A stretch of DNA of 64,000 nt from Patescibacteria group bacterium (lineage in GTDB: Bacteria > Patescibacteriota > Patescibacteriia > Magasanikbacterales > JBBTQS01). A model generated the notes under the pieces. That model did no database searches, had not been told where the DNA came from, and was given only the letters and a program-made list of their open reading frames with translations. The stretch spans positions 192,741 through 256,740 of the forward strand of contig JBBTQS010000001.1 in NCBI GenBank assembly GCA_038065555.1, read 5' to 3'. How positions within the stretch are numbered: the stretch's first letter is position 1; each line of letters opens with the position of its first letter. This document shows, piece by piece, positions 62,480 to 64,000 of the stretch. The position numbers and the translations under genes were made by a program.

Positions 62480-63892
62480 ATGCCCATCAGACTTTGGAAC
62501 ACCCTCACACACAAGAAGCAGCTCTTCCGTCCACAGCGCTCCGGCGTTGCTACGCTCTACACCTGCGGTCCGACGGTGTACAACTACATGCACATCGGCA
62601 ATTTGCGCACGTTCGTGTTCGAAGATCTGCTCAAGCGCACACTTCTTGCGAGCGATCTTCGCGTGCGCCACATCATGAATATCACCGATGTTGGACATCT
62701 CACCAACGACTCCGATGATGGTGATGACAAGATGGAACGCGCAGCACTCACCACTGGCAAAAGCATCTGGGAACTCGCCGCATTCTACACCGAGGCATTT
62801 CAGCAAGACGTTGCCGCGCTCAACATATTGCCGCCAATGCGTTACACGCTGGCAACAGACCACATCAAGGAACAGATTGCGCTGGTCAAGAAGCTCGAAA
62901 AGAAGGGACACACCTATCGCACGAGCGACGGTATTTATTTCGACACTGCGACATGGAAGAAGTATGGCGTGCTCATGAGCAAGAAGCACCTCGCAGGACT
63001 CCACAAAGGAGCACGTGTGAGTGCAAGCGAAGAGAAACGCAACGCGACTGATTTCGCACTCTGGAAATTTTCACCATCCGATGGTGGCGCCAAGCGTCAA
63101 ATGGAGTGGGACTCGCCATGGGGCGTCGGATTCCCTGGTTGGCACATTGAGTGTTCTGCTATGGCGATGAAATATCTCGGCACAACACTTGATATCCACT
63201 GTGGCGGCGTGGATCACATCACCATCCATCACACCAACGAGATTGCGCAAAGCGAAGCAGTCACAGGCAAGCCGTTCGCTCGGTTTTGGATGCACGGCGA
63301 ATTCCTCCAAATCAATAGTGCGAAGATGGCAAAGTCGCAAGGCAACTTCTTGCGCATCGCCGACGTACGCGATCACGGGTTGGACCCGATTGACTATCGC
63401 TACTTCTTGTTGCAGACCCACTATCGCAAGCAACTACAATTCTCTTGGGAAGCAGTCGAAGCTGCAGCAACAGGACTACGCAATCTCGTCGAACGACTTG
63501 CACAGGCTCCAGCGAGCAACCGCGCAGAGAGCAAACTCTCCAAGGCGATCACCGCAGCAATGCAAGATGATCTCAACGCACCCAAGGCCATCGCACTGCT
63601 CTGGAAAGCGATTGGCAAGAAGGGCGCTGTTGATGCGCGTATTGCAGAGGCTATTTTTGCCGCTGACGACGCATACTTCGGTCTCAACTTGCGCACGCGC
63701 GTTGCAACACATCTGAGCAAGCCTACAAGCACACAAGAACTCCCCGCAGATATCCAAGGCATCCTCGACGCACGTGCGCTCGCACGATCGAGCCGCGACT
63801 TCGCAGCATCAGACCGCCTACGCGACGAGCTCCTCGCTCGCGGATATGTGGTCAAGGACACTCCTACTGGCCAAGAAGTGAGCACACGCTAG
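62480..63892 (+). CDS. cysS: cysteine--tRNA ligase
   Basis: CGPTVY..HIGN, PGWHIECS, KMAKS. Confidence 0.97.
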   Translation: MPIRLWNTLTHKKQLFRPQRSGVATLYTCGPTVYNYMHIGNLRTFVFEDLLKRTLLASDLRVRHIMNITDVGHLTNDSDDGDDKMERAALTTGKSIWELAAFYTEAFQQDVAALNILPPMRYTLATDHIKEQIALVKKLEKKGHTYRTSDGIYFDTATWKKYGVLMSKKHLAGLHKGARVSASEEKRNATDFALWKFSPSDGGAKRQMEWDSPWGVGFPGWHIECSAMAMKYLGTTLDIHCGGVDHITIHHTNEIAQSEAVTGKPFARFWMHGEFLQINSAKMAKSQGNFLRIADVRDHGLDPIDYRYFLLQTHYRKQLQFSWEAVEAAATGLRNLVERLAQAPASNRAESKLSKAITAAMQDDLNAPKAIALLWKAIGKKGAVDARIAEAIFAADDAYFGLNLRTRVATHLSKPTSTQELPADIQGILDARALARSSRDFAASDRLRDELLARGYVVKDTPTGQEVSTR

Positions 63893-63915
63893 TACTGGCC
63901 CAAAACGCGATATAC

Positions 63916-63994
63916 TTGACATACCCCACAAAACGTGGTATGTATTGTTGTCCCTGTCCCGTGCAACAACAACTAACTCACGGAGTTACACATG
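63916..63994 (+). promoter_or_regulatory. promoter, SD and start codon of next gene (runs off window)
   Basis: TTGACA-17-TATGTA, GGAG, ATG at 63992. Confidence 0.5.
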
Positions 63995-64000
63995 GAAAGC

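Noticed and set aside
62423-63004. N-terminal 194 aa of the 560-aa PilM ORF (and the 62276 start of cysS)
   Set aside because: Overlaps cysS/pilM on the opposite strand; the real starts are 62422 and about 62480

Overview
Chromosomal segment of a small-genome bacterium that uses genetic code 11 (TGA read as stop). Gene content and compact forms (short ProS and MetG, DciA, PilM/pilin, VKOR-DsbA, tRNAs without encoded CCA, mostly SD-less starts) suggest Patescibacteria/CPR, probably Parcubacteria/ABY1-like; this placement is an inference. The backbone is housekeeping: mreB start, proS, a UvrD-nuclease fusion, a complete F1Fo ATP synthase operon, tatD, metG, rsmI, an Rrf2-IscS-IscU-ferredoxin cluster, AhpC/SOD, gpsA, rpoD-dnaG, rlmN, lgt, gatCA, ligA, pilM, cysS, tRNA-Asn and tRNA-Ser. 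Self-contained promoter-SD-ORF-terminator units of orphan genes sit between them, including three dispersed Cys-rich (CxDxxxCT repeat) lipoproteins. Two intergenic regions hold highly structured putative ncRNAs, each with its own promoter and terminator (16697-16975; 37193-37330, with a possible kissing loop and an anti-SD-like loop). An AT-rich two-gene island of unknown function lies at the 3' end of tRNA-Asn. No CRISPR array, transposase or intact integrase was seen. All calls come from motif recognition by eye, with no database searches.
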